DNA of 64,000 nt from Orbicella franksi. Lineage: Eukaryota. The stretch lies in NCBI GenBank assembly GCA_964199315.1, contig OZ116699.1, positions 24,304,001 to 24,368,000 of the forward strand. The letters run 5' to 3'. Position 1 is the stretch's first letter. Each line of letters starts with the position of its first letter. Positions 25,901 through 37,645 of the stretch are shown in pieces. A program made the position numbers and the translations under genes. The notes under the pieces are model-generated. The model worked only from the letters and a program-made list of their open reading frames with translations. It did no database searches and was not told the origin of the DNA.

Positions 25901-28301
25901 GATATATTATCCATAACACAGTCACTGCAAGCAACGATAAAAGCAGCAGTAAAAAATTATTAGCATGAATAATTGAAATCTTCCCCACAATTTTTTAGTG
26001 ATAAAAAATACTTAATCAGTCTGGGATTAAGGCACTATAAAGTACGATTTACAACCTTTGTGAAAGAGATTATTTATGTATCTGCAAAATTAAAAGACTG
26101 ATAACCTGACCAGCTTAGTTGTAACAACAGTGTGGAGGTTTTTTAAAGAAAACTGGTTTTCTTTAAGAGAGTTTTTGCTCATTACTTTGGTGTTGTAATT
26201 TTCAGATTGAGACCATGGAAAACGGGTCCAAAGTTGGTTCTTTCTTGATCACAAGAGGAGGGTTATACAAACTTGTTCGGCGGATGACAAACAACAACAT
26301 GCGTTATATTGAACAAATACCTGGTTGCATTTCAAGGGAACTCCTTTTCCCTACCAGCAACGACACTAAAAACAGCAACTTCGTTACCACGTCCCTTCGA
26401 GGGCTCATGACCAAGATCGTAGAGCCTGGTAAACAGTTTGTGTTAAGAGTTGCTCTATTTGACAATTCACAACTTAAGAATCCTAACAAATGCTTTATTT
26501 CTGAAGTTTGCTCCCAGCCGCTGTCTCTACCCTTAGGCAAAACTCGATTCCTTGTGCGTGGTAGCTTTGAATCCGACAGGGATGCCGCTGACCATACCGA
26601 GGAGCGTACAGTTATGTTCACAGGCAAGACCACGTTTGTTGATTTCTATCTGCAGTTTAGGCTCAGTGATCCGACAAAGCTTCCTGATGTGATTGGCAAG
26701 ATATCGGTGCATGGAGAAGGAGATGTACAGTTCTACATCAATCTTCACAAACCAACACAGGTATTAAGAGTCTTTCTTAATATGGAATTTAACACTGTAT
26801 ATCTCATTGAGAATTTTAGTCTTAAACTAATTACGATTTACATGGATGGGACTGTCGGTAATACTGCACTATTTTGGCGTCTAGTTCAGAAAAATGATCT
26901 TCCGTCTTAAGCGGAGTCGCTTAACGAGTCCAATGTCATTTGAAGGCTTCATGTATGTCTTCTCCAAGCCAATGGATTTCAAAAAAAGTTACCTTGTATC
27001 GCTATTCAACCATAAGTGTGGAGAACTAAAGGACCTGAAAACAACAGTATGCCGAGTGAGGTAAAACAAGCGTTTGTGTGAGATAGCAACTCCTCGAATA
27101 CGTTTTTTGTTTCTACTTTTGTTGTGCTTTGAAGGAACCCTTTAGTCAAAGTGTTTTTGGATCTTTTTCATTTCCAAAGTTTATTCTGAGACGTAGTCTA
27201 TTGTTAATAAGTATAAATCTACTGGCGTTCAATCACGAATGCCGTTCTCTGATTGGCTACGCTACTCACTATCTATTCTGTGATAGATAGTGAGTAACGT
27301 AGCAGTGTGCCCTTGTTAACTAAATGACGGCCGCACCTTGGCATTTTAGAAGTTTCTGCGAAGAGGATTTAAATAAAGTTCTGAACGAATAGCAGATTTA
27401 TACTAGAACACCGATTAAATTATTCGCTCTCGATTTCTATGCGTGATAGTTGACGAGGGTTGCGCCCTCGTCAACTATCACGCGATAGAAATCTCGAGCT
27501 CATAATCTAATTGCTTAGTATTGCTTGCGTATTATTATCATTTTCACTTTCAGATAGAGGACTTAAATAATTTAGATCATGACAAGTCAAGAATACGCGT
27601 CAAAAGGAAAAAACCAAAACCGCTACTAAAGCGTCAAACTGTTGCGGAGTTCAGATCTTTAAGAGAGGACGCTATCCTCGGTGAGTAAAACTATCAACAG
27701 CTAAAAAGACACAACCCTAATTTAAACGACAATGTGTAATGCCTAATAAGCATTAGTAATCGTATAAATACAAGTGATATTTGAAAGTTCTCTCAAAATT
27801 GCAATTACCTTGCCTTGCCTTTACCTATGAGCCATTAGGCCAGTGCAATTCGCAAGAAATTTAAATATCACAAGTAGAGTAAATCCTTATTTGCTCGAGC
27901 TTTCATCTGACTACTCATTTATAAAGCGACTGAGAAAATTAGGAGCCCATGCGCATTAATTTGCACTGCAGTGCTATGAATTAGAATTAACGATAAATTG
28001 GCCTGTTCTCAGGCAGTCACCAGTGATGTTTCCCAGTCATATGATTAATTGATTATAATCTGTTTATTTTGCAGAGGAGACTGAAGTTTCGTCTTCTCCC
28101 GACACAGGTCAAACATTCCGACACTTATTTCCGTTTCTTTCCGAACCAGGTATGAATCTTTCCGAGGCGCGCGCGTCGTCTTCGAAACTAGCGCAGAGTT
28201 TCGAAAATCTGCCGGAAATTTCAAGTCATTCAAGCAAACCTTGCCGCACCAGTTCCTTTCAAACAGACGAGTCAGAGGAGGACTTGGAAGAACTCAGATG
28301 A
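22925..28301 (+). CDS. ZU5-ZU5-UPA protein (DTHD1/ankyrin/PIDD-like module), about 608 aa, no death domain; exons 22925-22941, 24617-25517, 26206-26760, 27554-27680, 28075-28301
   Basis: All junctions are GT-AG with consistent phases (2,0,0,1); total 1827 nt. ZU5 hallmarks are VSDIIQIYPKEFVF...ELVLKLP and GIQIKFPVGCV...SSPVVLIRPSKFRFTKPIKLTLPL. A beta-rich UPA-like region follows, then an acidic/Ser-rich tail. The 17-nt first exon is inferred from the phase match. Confidence 0.8.
27222..27505. repeat. Intronic palindromic/hairpin repeat (MITE-like)
   Basis: Two long hairpins: ctacgctactcactatctat-tctgtg-atagatagtgagtaacgtag (about 27259-27302) and gatttctatgcgtgatagttgacgaggg-ttgcg-ccctcgtcaactatcacgcgatagaaatc (about 27432-27494). 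Confidence 0.7.
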
Positions 28302-29800
28302 AGCTATGCACGTGCAAGATAAGAGGAAAAGGAGCGATACTGGTTACTATTAAGCTACAGCAAGTACAGAGAGGAGACGGATCAATGAAGACGTTCAAAC
28401 CGGTCATGTTTCGTCCTTGTTATTTTGGGTCTCGGGTAGAGTTTGATCCACCAGTCAGTGAAACGACATACTATTTCTCTTGGCATTGAACGCCACAAGG
28501 TTAAATATAAACAATGACTACACCTAGGAGCATACTATGTCACGTTACTTGACGCCCCTTTCTTGTAATGTAAAACCGGGTCTTTATTGCATCTCCTCCG
28601 GAATCAAACATGAAAGATCGACCGAGAAATTAGCTTGGAATTAGAGTAATTGAAAAAGAATAATTTTGCACGAAGACTGCTTCGAACTGGTAAATGACTA
28701 AATTACTTGTGCGCTCGCAGGACTTGCTGAGTGTAAGTATATCGTATCAGACTTTTAAGTGTGTACTATCGCTAACTGTAAAATAACTGAGATGCTACGC
28801 GCGCTCTCATTGGTCGATAGGTGTGCTTAGATGAGAAATTTCATGTCCCAGAAAATTGCCCAAACCCTCCTCTAAACGATAATGGTCTGTCCCTGAAGGA
28901 AATTCCGCGAGATACTTGTACTAGCCTCGCGCGTTTCGCACTCGTTTCGCTGGGTTGAGTTTCTGAGTAAATGATAGTAGCAGACACTCGGCGTAAATTT
29001 TCAGTGGGAATCTGATTGCTCCCCCATTGTTTTCTATTGGCCTACAGAACACATCGTGCGCGTGTTATTCTTGAAAAGAGAAATTTTCAAATATGCACCG
29101 CAATTAAAAGCTTTGGACTGCAATCCTTTAGAGTGTCGACTACGCAGCTTTCGTTTCGTCTGAGCGATAATTCGCGAGCTGCACATCGTTAACTGTTTGC
29201 TCTCAAAAAATGTCGGATTCGTAATCTTATCATTTAATGAATACAATTCGCACTCGTGCAGAAAGAATGAACAGTGAGCTTAGAGGATCTTGTTCGCTTA
29301 ATTAAGCTGATGAAGCTTGAAATAGTTCCATTAAAAGAACCCCAAGGCCAAACTTAATGTGCGCGTTCGAAAACCAGAATCACCGCATTACACAGAAGCA
29401 ACCCTGATTGCCCTAAAAAAAGTTAACCTCCTACTGATCACTGACCGATTTTTTTCCTCTAACTGTTAACTGCACATACGCATCGCGCAATTTATTCGTG
29501 AAAAATAAAATTCATTTGTGCGACACTTAGTCGCGCCCGTCCCTTAAATAGCAGACTGAAAACGTGCAAGACTTACTTTAGACTTACAGTCTCCGTCCAC
29601 GGTTTTGGCTCTTGATTCTTAAATCTACGCGCGCTCCGCGGTTTGTTGCGTCCTCTCCCCGCTCAGTATGCACTAGCCCAGTTTATTTGGCGCGCGCGCA
29701 TAACTGGTACTGTGACGTAGGCTGAGCTTGCGAAGTTTGCTATCAAATAACGGTTTACATAGAAAAAAAAAAGAAAGAAGAATAAAAGTGCATCAAGAAA

Positions 29801-32800
29801 ATGGCTTGTTGCTCAACACTCACAGCCGAAGATAAACTCGAGCCTTATCAATTACGCGCGCTTTATATAAGACAGATTTCCAAATTTGCTCAAACGGGAA
29901 TATTTGGACAAGCTCTGAATGTGTTTAAAGAGGTAAGCTTATGTTTAATAGTCATTAAAAGCTCATTAGTTCGTGGGGAGTTAACACAAGAAAGAAAACT
30001 ACCTTACTTCCACGAAGTTATTAAACGACTTCTATTGGTTGCAATGCAATATGCTATTTCGGAGTCCTTCAAAATTCAAATGGAGTTCTCTGCTCGTTTC
30101 ATTATTTACACGGCTACACGTTTCCGAAAGATTTACATGAACATAAGTGATTCAGTTTCTAATGGAACTACAAAAAAAGTCTATAACTGAGTTTGATCCC
30201 GATGTAGTGAATACTTTTTGTCCGACGCTGTGCTCTGCTCTGCTTTGCTCTGCTTTGCTTTGCTTTGCACACAGAAATTGGTTCCCATGTTGTCTTGTTG
30301 CAAAATGTGGTTTTATGGATAAACAACTTGTTTAAATGAGCCAGGTTAGTCTTTGAATATCCAATGTCGCTCTCAGGGTGCTTAGATTGAAACTCTGACG
30401 TATGTTAGTTCAGATTCTCAAAACCATACCCTTTGCTAGAAATAATGACTGAATGAATTTCAACAGGGGAAGAATCCTTGTTTCAAAAGAGGTGAAGTTT
30501 GGGGAAGCTATTTTTAAAATGGCCCCCTTATTTTTACGGGCAAGAACTGTGCAACATAATGTTTTGTGTGATGATGAACTTGTTTTCTTTGATTTTTGAA
30601 TTTCAGTATCCGGTTTCCAGATTCCTGAATCCTGGTTACCGTATTCCTGTTTTTTCGATTCCATATTTCCAGCCATGACCAAATGCTTTGTCTTTCAAAG
30701 CGTTTTGACAAATGTTTGTAGCTGTAGTAGAAAATGAATTTTGCTACAGCTGCGTTTTCTAAAATTCGTTAAGACGTAGTTTAAACATCTCTACAGGCTG
30801 TACAACGATTTCCGATGATTTTGATCGAGCTGATTAACATAACACGAGGTCGAGCCATCATCACCATGAATTCTTGTTTCCGAGATCCACGTGAGTCAAA
30901 CGCATCTGTTTACATCACTAAACTCAAAGGGATTTGATAATTTACGTGGTACATAGTTTAAAAATTGAATTGCATTAAAGATGATTTCCAGTCCCCATTA
31001 CGCACTCTCGAGAGTTCTATTGGTTACGTTTTTTGTTTTGCCTCATGTAAGACGTCACGAGGTGTAAACATTTTGCAACCACTTACATGAAGAAAATTCC
31101 GGCAAAGTTTCATGTCAACCGCCATTATGGATGCGAAGCTTTATGCTTCGTTCTTTCTCTTATCATTGGACGAAACAGCTTCGCAGCCATAAAATCAATA
31201 AAGCTGTTGGAAAAAGAATTTGAAAGCCCTCAAAGATAAAGTATGTGGTTCGTAACGACACTGAATGTCAAAAAGAGAATGTCTATAAACGTTCGGGTGC
31301 CGAGACTGCGCAGTACGGAATGGAAATCATCTTTAACCCTTGTAGGTTTCTTGCTGGCCTAGACGTCTGCATGATAGACTCCGACCACTGCAAAAAACAC
31401 CAAAGCCATCACGGGATTCGACAAAACACCGACATCCAGACAACTGACCCCCTACTAACCCCCCCCCCCCCCCCAAATCAACGAGAAAAAGATAATTTAA
31501 AAAAGCCCAAAACAATCACTGGAACTGCTTCTAATTCACAAATAAATTTAGCTCACCTGAAATTTCCAAGATGGCGGACGAGTTCCAGATTTTCGACCCT
31601 CCTCTACGTAAAATCGAGCACAGAATAAGTGGGAATATCATCGAGTATCATGGTATTCGTACCCATTAGAAAATTGAACATTGAAAGTAACAAAGAAATG
31701 CTCGCCAAGTAAATACGTTTGTGAGTAACAATGGGCGACACACACACACAGACGATACATCAACAGAGGTCACACAAGTGATGAGAGTGTTGTTGCGCAA
31801 CCATTCTCGTCCCCAGAAGCCGCGCTCCTTTTGGTCAGCACAAAGAATCGCGACCTCTAGGCTTGTCCAACACCGGAAGTCCGCGATTCAAAGACCTGTC
31901 AAATCTGATTGGCTGAGAATACGAAACAAATACTCTGCCCATGCTCAGAAAATCGGGTCCGGCCAGAGGTCGCGATTCTTGGTGCTGACCAAAAGGAGCG
32001 CGGCCTCGGGGGACGAGAATGTTTCGCAACGAAAAAATCGCTAATGTCACCACCCCCTCCCCCCCTATAGAATTACCCGTAAGGTGATAAGTTGCTTTGA
32101 GCATTGGGAAGATTTTCTCGTCCTCAATGAAGCTCAATGCTCTGTTAGATAGTTGTAGATGGTTGTGTTGTTCAGCATTACAAGGCCATTATTTTCATGT
32201 GCGAAGCTCTTTAAGAAAGTGTCTATTAAACGAGATTGAGTTACTTGAGAATCCGTGGTCTTTTTGACGTCCACATGCGTCAAGGAGAAAATTATCCAAA
32301 ACCATTTTAAAATTTGCATTCTGGCCTTGGGGAAACTTGGCGAAATACCTAAAACTACCAGGGAAAATCGTCTTCAGGTTGATGGTAACGTTCCCCTGTT
32401 CGTGTTATAACCCCGGTCAATCGCCAGCGTATTCATACAGCCAACGTTTCTTCGTCACTTTCATTACTTAATTTCCTAATGGGTGCGAATACCATACTTG
32501 ATGATATTCCAACGTAATTCCTTGCTCGATTTTTCGTAAACAAACCCTGCACTTACAATCAAAGGAGAAGAGAATCGGAAGTCTGCAACTAGTCCGCCAC
32601 CCCGGAGCTACAGAATACAGGCCACTTTTAATCATCCACCAAAAGGGCCGGCTCGTCTGGCTCGTTTGGCGCGTTTGCTCCTTTGACTAAATATATAGAT
32701 CTAGGACTTAACACATATGTAGAGTATTCCTCGTTCTTTCATCCACTGCCGAGCCAAACAAGCCGCTAAATATATAGACCTAGGGCAACGCATATATAGA

Positions 32801-35355
32801 TTATTCCTCGTTCTTTTATGCACTGCCGAGCCAAACGAGCCACAAATTAAATATGCACCTTCAAAAGTGGCCCTGTATTGTGTAGCTGCTCCATTTTAGA
32901 TAAGCTAAATTTATGTATGAACTTGAAGGGGTCCCACTGATAGTTCTGGGCTTTTTTAAGTTTTATTTTCCTGTTGACTTTACAGTGGGTCAGTAGGGGG
33001 GTCATTAGGGAGGGGGGGGGAAGCTGAACGGGGGTCAGTATTTTGTCGAAACCTTGTTTGATTACTGAAGAAAGGTACGCAGCGTTTTGACCAAAATTGT
33101 CCAGAATCACTTTATTAAGCTGTATTCTTCATCTGCGCACAGATCTCAAACAACCTCGGTGTAAATGCATCGACGAAGAGGTTGAGTAACCTGGCTGTCT
33201 CTGATCTTCTTGCTGGGGATGAATTCCTGGTTGATCGTGATGCATATCGATATTTACAAAGGTAAGCATACAAAAAGGTTTCTTATACAGTAACAGTATG
33301 TGTCTGTATCTTTGCACCTTACAAGATGTCCGTTGGTGTAGTCATGAAAATGCCGCAAGTGTTCATCACTAACTGTCTTATTTATCGCGAAGTATTTGTA
33401 CAGTTTCGAAACGAAGGCTTACAATCGAATGGTCGGTTACGTTAACCTCTACAATATTCGCGGGGATTTTGACGGTTTTGAAGGCGTCCACTTGAACAGC
33501 TTAAACTCAAGTGGTCTGAAAGTGACCTTATACCCCGGGAATTACAGTACTACCTAAAATATTCAGGTTCAACTTCACACTCTTTTGTTAACAATTGCCA
33601 CTATAAACACCATCACAACTTCAACAACAACCACAACCAAAATCATACGATCTTTTGAATCCTTACGAAATGTTTAAGTATGATGTTTTTCCACGAATCC
33701 AAACAATGATGATGACAATTGTTAAACGTCCAATCTTCCAATGATATATGGTGAAATGCAAATGTTTATGATCATTCATAATTTCCTCAGTCTTTGTTTA
33801 CTTTGTGGCCTAACCGTGAACCAACGCGTGCTTCCCGCCTGCAGACTACGACTGTTCGTCAAGTCTGTTAGACGTACCGTTAACATATCTAAATTAAAGG
33901 GAAAGTGTCTCCTAAATTAAAGAGTATGCTGTGAACTCACCCTATTACCTTGAAATAAAAAAGAAAAATAAAACGTCAAAATTGGTGAAAGCAAAGAAAT
34001 ATGAAGTAAAAAGAAAAATCACTAATCTACCAGGATGGCAATTTTGATTTCTCTACATCCTGTCACAACATCAAATTTCAATTCGTACCTGTAATCCATT
34101 CCTATCCCTGTAATGGTGTACGTCTTACCTAAAATACATGTTCTAGTAAGCTGCGTAGAATATCTTTCGAGTGTCTCTGTATATTTGGTGGCATTTACCC
34201 AAAAAATTATATGGAAATTAGTATAAGACAGACAACTTTCGACAACCAGAAGGGACACTGTTACCACGGTAACATTCTTTTCTTTTTTTTTTTTTTTTTT
34301 TTTGTTTCTATTTTTAGACTCCACGGAGCACTGAGTCATAGAAATGAACGGCAAATTAGCCACATTTGCAAATTGCTGATCAAGCATTTTGATTTTGATC
34401 CCACAAATGACATCAAAAGGGACTTAGAAAAGGCCAACAAAGAGACATTATTAAAATCCGACTTGTCAGTCATCTGCATGTATGGTTTGGACCTGTCAAG
34501 AAAGAAAAACTTGAAGAAGCTGCTCGCCCTCTTGTCTAGGTGCCCTAAAGTCAAGAAGATTGAATTAATGTTTTGTACACTAAACCACGAAATTGTTTTG
34601 AAGTTTTTTGAAGCAACAATGAAACTGGAAACCCTTTACTTTTTGGGTAAGTAACTTGAGTCTCACAAGATCAGGAAAATTATTTCTTTCAGGGACCATG
34701 AAACATTTTGGACCAGATTTGTAAAGAAATCAACCGCAGCGGGCCACTGCATTGAACATAGCATATTGTGTGCGCCGGTGTTACCAAACGAACTGTACGG
34801 TTCTTTTGATATTGAGACGAGTTTCTCACAGACGGCAAAACATTTCTATGTCACCTGGGTGTTGTCCTTTTATTCCCGTCCAAATCGTTGCTTGGACTGC
34901 TATACATGATAAATGCGAGTCATAAATGTCGAAAAAATTCCCTTAGTAGGGTATGTAGGTTACAAACGACTGAAGAGAAACCACAATTTTGATTGACACA
35001 GTTGTGTAAGCTTAACAAACGAAAATCTTGCAAGATTATTCTGAATACAGTATGTACACCAGGTAATTAATAGAAAGCTGCAAACTGGTTTTGTGTCTTA
35101 TTCTTTACAGGTTTACGTGGTAATAGTCTTAATGTGAAATCTGTTCACAAGCTCCACCGCTTGTTAGAAGAACCACAAAACTTTCCCGCATTAATGTGGG
35201 TGGACCTTCGAAACAACTATAGAATTAATACCATTCCTGGCCAGTTTGTTCAGCTCCTAATGGAGCGGAGAAAAACACATCGTCCTTTAACAAAGACAGC
35301 AGACGAAAACGCGTCTATCAGTGTTCAAGATGCCATTAATGGGAAAGTAGTTTAA
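29801..35355 (+). CDS. LRRC75: LRRC75 (FAM211)-like leucine-rich repeat protein, 274 aa; exons 29801-29932, 33143-33261, 34318-34646, 35111-35355
   Basis: GT-AG junctions with consistent phases (0,2,1); total 825 nt. KIELMFCTLNHEIVLKFF...LGLRGNSL...LLEEPQNFPALMWVDLRNNYRINTIPGQFVQLL matches my recollection of the vertebrate LRRC75A C-terminal block (ELGFTGL...LALNGNRL...DPSKFPNVTWIDLGNN). Confidence 0.8.
30598..30678. repeat. Degenerate short-period (GGAATC/GATTCC-type) repeat
   Basis: tatccggtttccagattcctgaatcctggttaccgtattcctg...gattccatatttccag shows roughly 7-bp periodicity. Confidence 0.45.
31802..32021. mobile_element. MITE with about 60-bp terminal inverted repeats (intron 1 of the LRRC75-like gene)
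   Basis: cattctcgtccccagaagccgcgctccttttggtcagcacaaagaatcgcgacctct ... agaggtcgcgattcttggtgctgaccaaaaggagcgcggcctcgggggacgagaatg. Confidence 0.85.
32648..32843. repeat. Local tandem duplication of an about 80-bp unit
   Basis: ctaaatatataga.ctagg...tattcctcgttcttt.at.cactgccgagccaaac occurs twice. Confidence 0.75.
34260..34273. promoter_or_regulatory. Palindromic X-box (RFX)-like element
   Basis: GTTACCACGGTAAC fits the X-box consensus. It lies in intron 2 of the LRRC75-like gene, downstream of the LRRC74-like gene. Function is untested. Confidence 0.35.
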
Positions 35356-36178
35356 GAAATTCAAAATCATCGTTGATCTTCATATCTCACATGATTGTAA
35401 TGGGCACGTGCCATCGTTAGACTATAAATTGGTCTGTAATGCGTACATATATATTTGAACTGCTATTATATCTCAGTGGCCCAACAAGACAGCACGACTC
35501 TAATGAAATCGTATTTCAGAGTTGTTTCCTGTTTTTACGGCACCATTTGAACTGGAGGAGTTCGTGATTATAATTTCTGAAACTGTAAAAAAAACATGTT
35601 GGTGTTTCTTTCGGTATAATGTTCTTGAAAACGTTCCAAAGGTCAACAGTGCAAAATGCTACTTTTTACATTATTTGCATTCAATGGTCAAATTCACGAA
35701 AGCAGGTGATGTTTGACACAGATTAAACAACCCTATGATTTTCTTCCCTACAACATAATGTAAAATAATTCTGAAAACTGTCGTTTCAAGAGATTTTGCA
35801 TGTTTACACTGATAGAAGCAACCACAGTAAAATACACAACAACAACCGACTTCTACAAGAACCAAAAATATTATGACCGTATTCTTATTCATAAACCCTT
35901 TAATGTAAACTACAAGGGGAGAAAACAAAGGGTTTTCTGTACAAGTACTTTATAACATTACGTCGTAGCCTTATGAATAAAACTAAACCCTAGAATACCA
36001 CAGAATAGCCACGCCTCTTAATGCCTGGCTAGGAGAAGTAGTCAAATTAAATACCTCATTAACGCCGCTAACAAAAATATGAAGAGTTTTGGTCCGCAAC
36101 CAAACTTTCAAACATTACATCTCTACTGAAGCTTACTGAAATATCAACGTGTTCGATAAAGCTTAGTAAGTGCATTTA

Positions 36179-37645
36179 TTAATACATTTTAACAAATTCA
36201 CTATAGTCAATCTCTCCATCTCCATCCACGTCAAGCATTTCAACTAGTTTGTCAAGGTAAAAGTTACTCATTACTTTCAACCGTTTCATTCCGTCAACGA
36301 ATTCCACCCGAGACAAACTGTCCCGGAATTGGCATTCGGGATCTAAACGTTTAAACAAATCTGAGGCGTGAATCTTGTTTTTGTCCAAATATATTTTAAG
36401 GAAATCAAACGGATCTGCCTCCTTTTTCTTGGTAACAAACAAGTCTGTCTTTTTGCATCCATGATGGACAACAAGACCTGTTCTTTTTTTCAGAACTTTT
36501 TCAAGATGAACTTCACAATCGTGATCCAACTTAATGTCTAAAATCTTCAAGACTTTCAATGCTGGAGCACCGCTCTTAAGCAACATCTCTAGTATCTTGT
36601 TGACGCCTTGACAAGCATTGAAAATCAAATTGTGGTTTAGATTCAGCACTTCCAATTTTTCGCTACCCTCGAGCCCCTTTGCGATGTTTTTAAGTCCTTC
36701 GTCCGAGAGTCGATTGTTGCTAAGATTGAGCTCTTTGATCGTTGAATTTCGTTTCAAAGACTCCCCCAACTCTGTAGTACCAATGTAATCAAATCCGTTC
36801 CAAGAAAGATCCAACTTTTCCAGCGAGTCATTATACCGCAGGCTCTTAGCAATGGCCTCAGCTCCTTTCCTTCTTATATGGTTCCAGCTGAAATTCAGTT
36901 CGAGAAGCGAATTGTTGTAAGTAAGAGCAGTTCCGAAAGAAACTCCTGAGGCTTCAGAAAATTTGTTGTTACTCAAGTTCAACCAATCCAAAGAGCTATT
37001 GTTCTCGACGCCCTCGGCCAATAGCACCGCGTCTTTGTCTCCTAGTCCGTTTCCGGACAGATCTAACCTTCTAATCACTGTGTTATTTGGCAGCGCTTCT
37101 GCTATGGCGATGATACCTTCCCTTTTGATATTGTTATTTGCCAAGTTCAGCTCAGTAAGAGCTCTGTTCTTTGACAGCACTTGTCCAATGTAAATTCCTC
37201 CCTTGGTATTGAGCTCGTTAAACGCCACGTGCAACTTTGACGTCGTCTTGTTTCTGAGGAGAACGGAGGCAATCGCTTTAGTTCCCGCTTCCTTGAGAAA
37301 ACGATGGTTAATCTTGATCTCTTCCTGACCAATCTCGTTCCCAAATCGAGACACTGGGGTGACTCCTACTGTGTCACAAATCTTAAGGTAGGTTTCTTTT
37401 TCTGAATGGGCCTCGTCATCATCATTGTTATCATCATCGGAATAGTCATCGTCTTCAAGGTCTGTATCCCAATGAGAGCTGGTAAAGGACTGCGTTTCCT
37501 CTTCCTCTTTGACCCTCTTTTCAGTTTTAAGAAGAGCAAGGGTGGAATCTACTTGCTTTATTGTGCTCGAGGCACTGGAACAGGCTGAGCGTAAGTTCTG
37601 TGTTTGATTGTTAGAATGATTATCGGTAGAATGTCGTCGTGGCAT
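36179..37645 (-). CDS. LRRC74: LRRC74-like protein (RNI-type LRR array plus C-terminal EF-hand pair), 488 aa, single coding exon
   Basis: Uninterrupted ORF with an acidic N-terminal patch and about nine 28-residue LRRs (LTELNLANNNI, IRRLDLSGNGL, LDWLNLSNNKF, LLELNFSWNHI, LEKLDLSWNGF, IKELNLSNNRL). EF-hand loop DVDGDGEIDYSE near the C-terminus. A 5' UTR acceptor (ttactttcag) lies 9 nt before the ATG. A versus B paralog cannot be resolved. Confidence 0.85.
   Translation of the reverse strand: MPRRHSTDNHSNNQTQNLRSACSSASSTIKQVDSTLALLKTEKRVKEEEETQSFTSSHWDTDLEDDDYSDDDNNDDDEAHSEKETYLKICDTVGVTPVSRFGNEIGQEEIKINHRFLKEAGTKAIASVLLRNKTTSKLHVAFNELNTKGGIYIGQVLSKNRALTELNLANNNIKREGIIAIAEALPNNTVIRRLDLSGNGLGDKDAVLLAEGVENNSSLDWLNLSNNKFSEASGVSFGTALTYNNSLLELNFSWNHIRRKGAEAIAKSLRYNDSLEKLDLSWNGFDYIGTTELGESLKRNSTIKELNLSNNRLSDEGLKNIAKGLEGSEKLEVLNLNHNLIFNACQGVNKILEMLLKSGAPALKVLKILDIKLDHDCEVHLEKVLKKRTGLVVHHGCKKTDLFVTKKKEADPFDFLKIYLDKNKIHASDLFKRLDPECQFRDSLSRVEFVDGMKRLKVMSNFYLDKLVEMLDVDGDGEIDYSEFVKMY

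Noticed and set aside
31345-31446. Candidate LRRC75-like exon (cttgtag|GTTTCT...)
   Set aside because: It leads to an early stop. The 33143-33261 exon already joins exons 1 and 3 in the correct phase.
32648-32843. Repeat-spacer look-alike (CRISPR-type)
   Set aside because: Only two degenerate units with similar spacers, in a eukaryotic intron with no cas genes; a simple tandem duplication.
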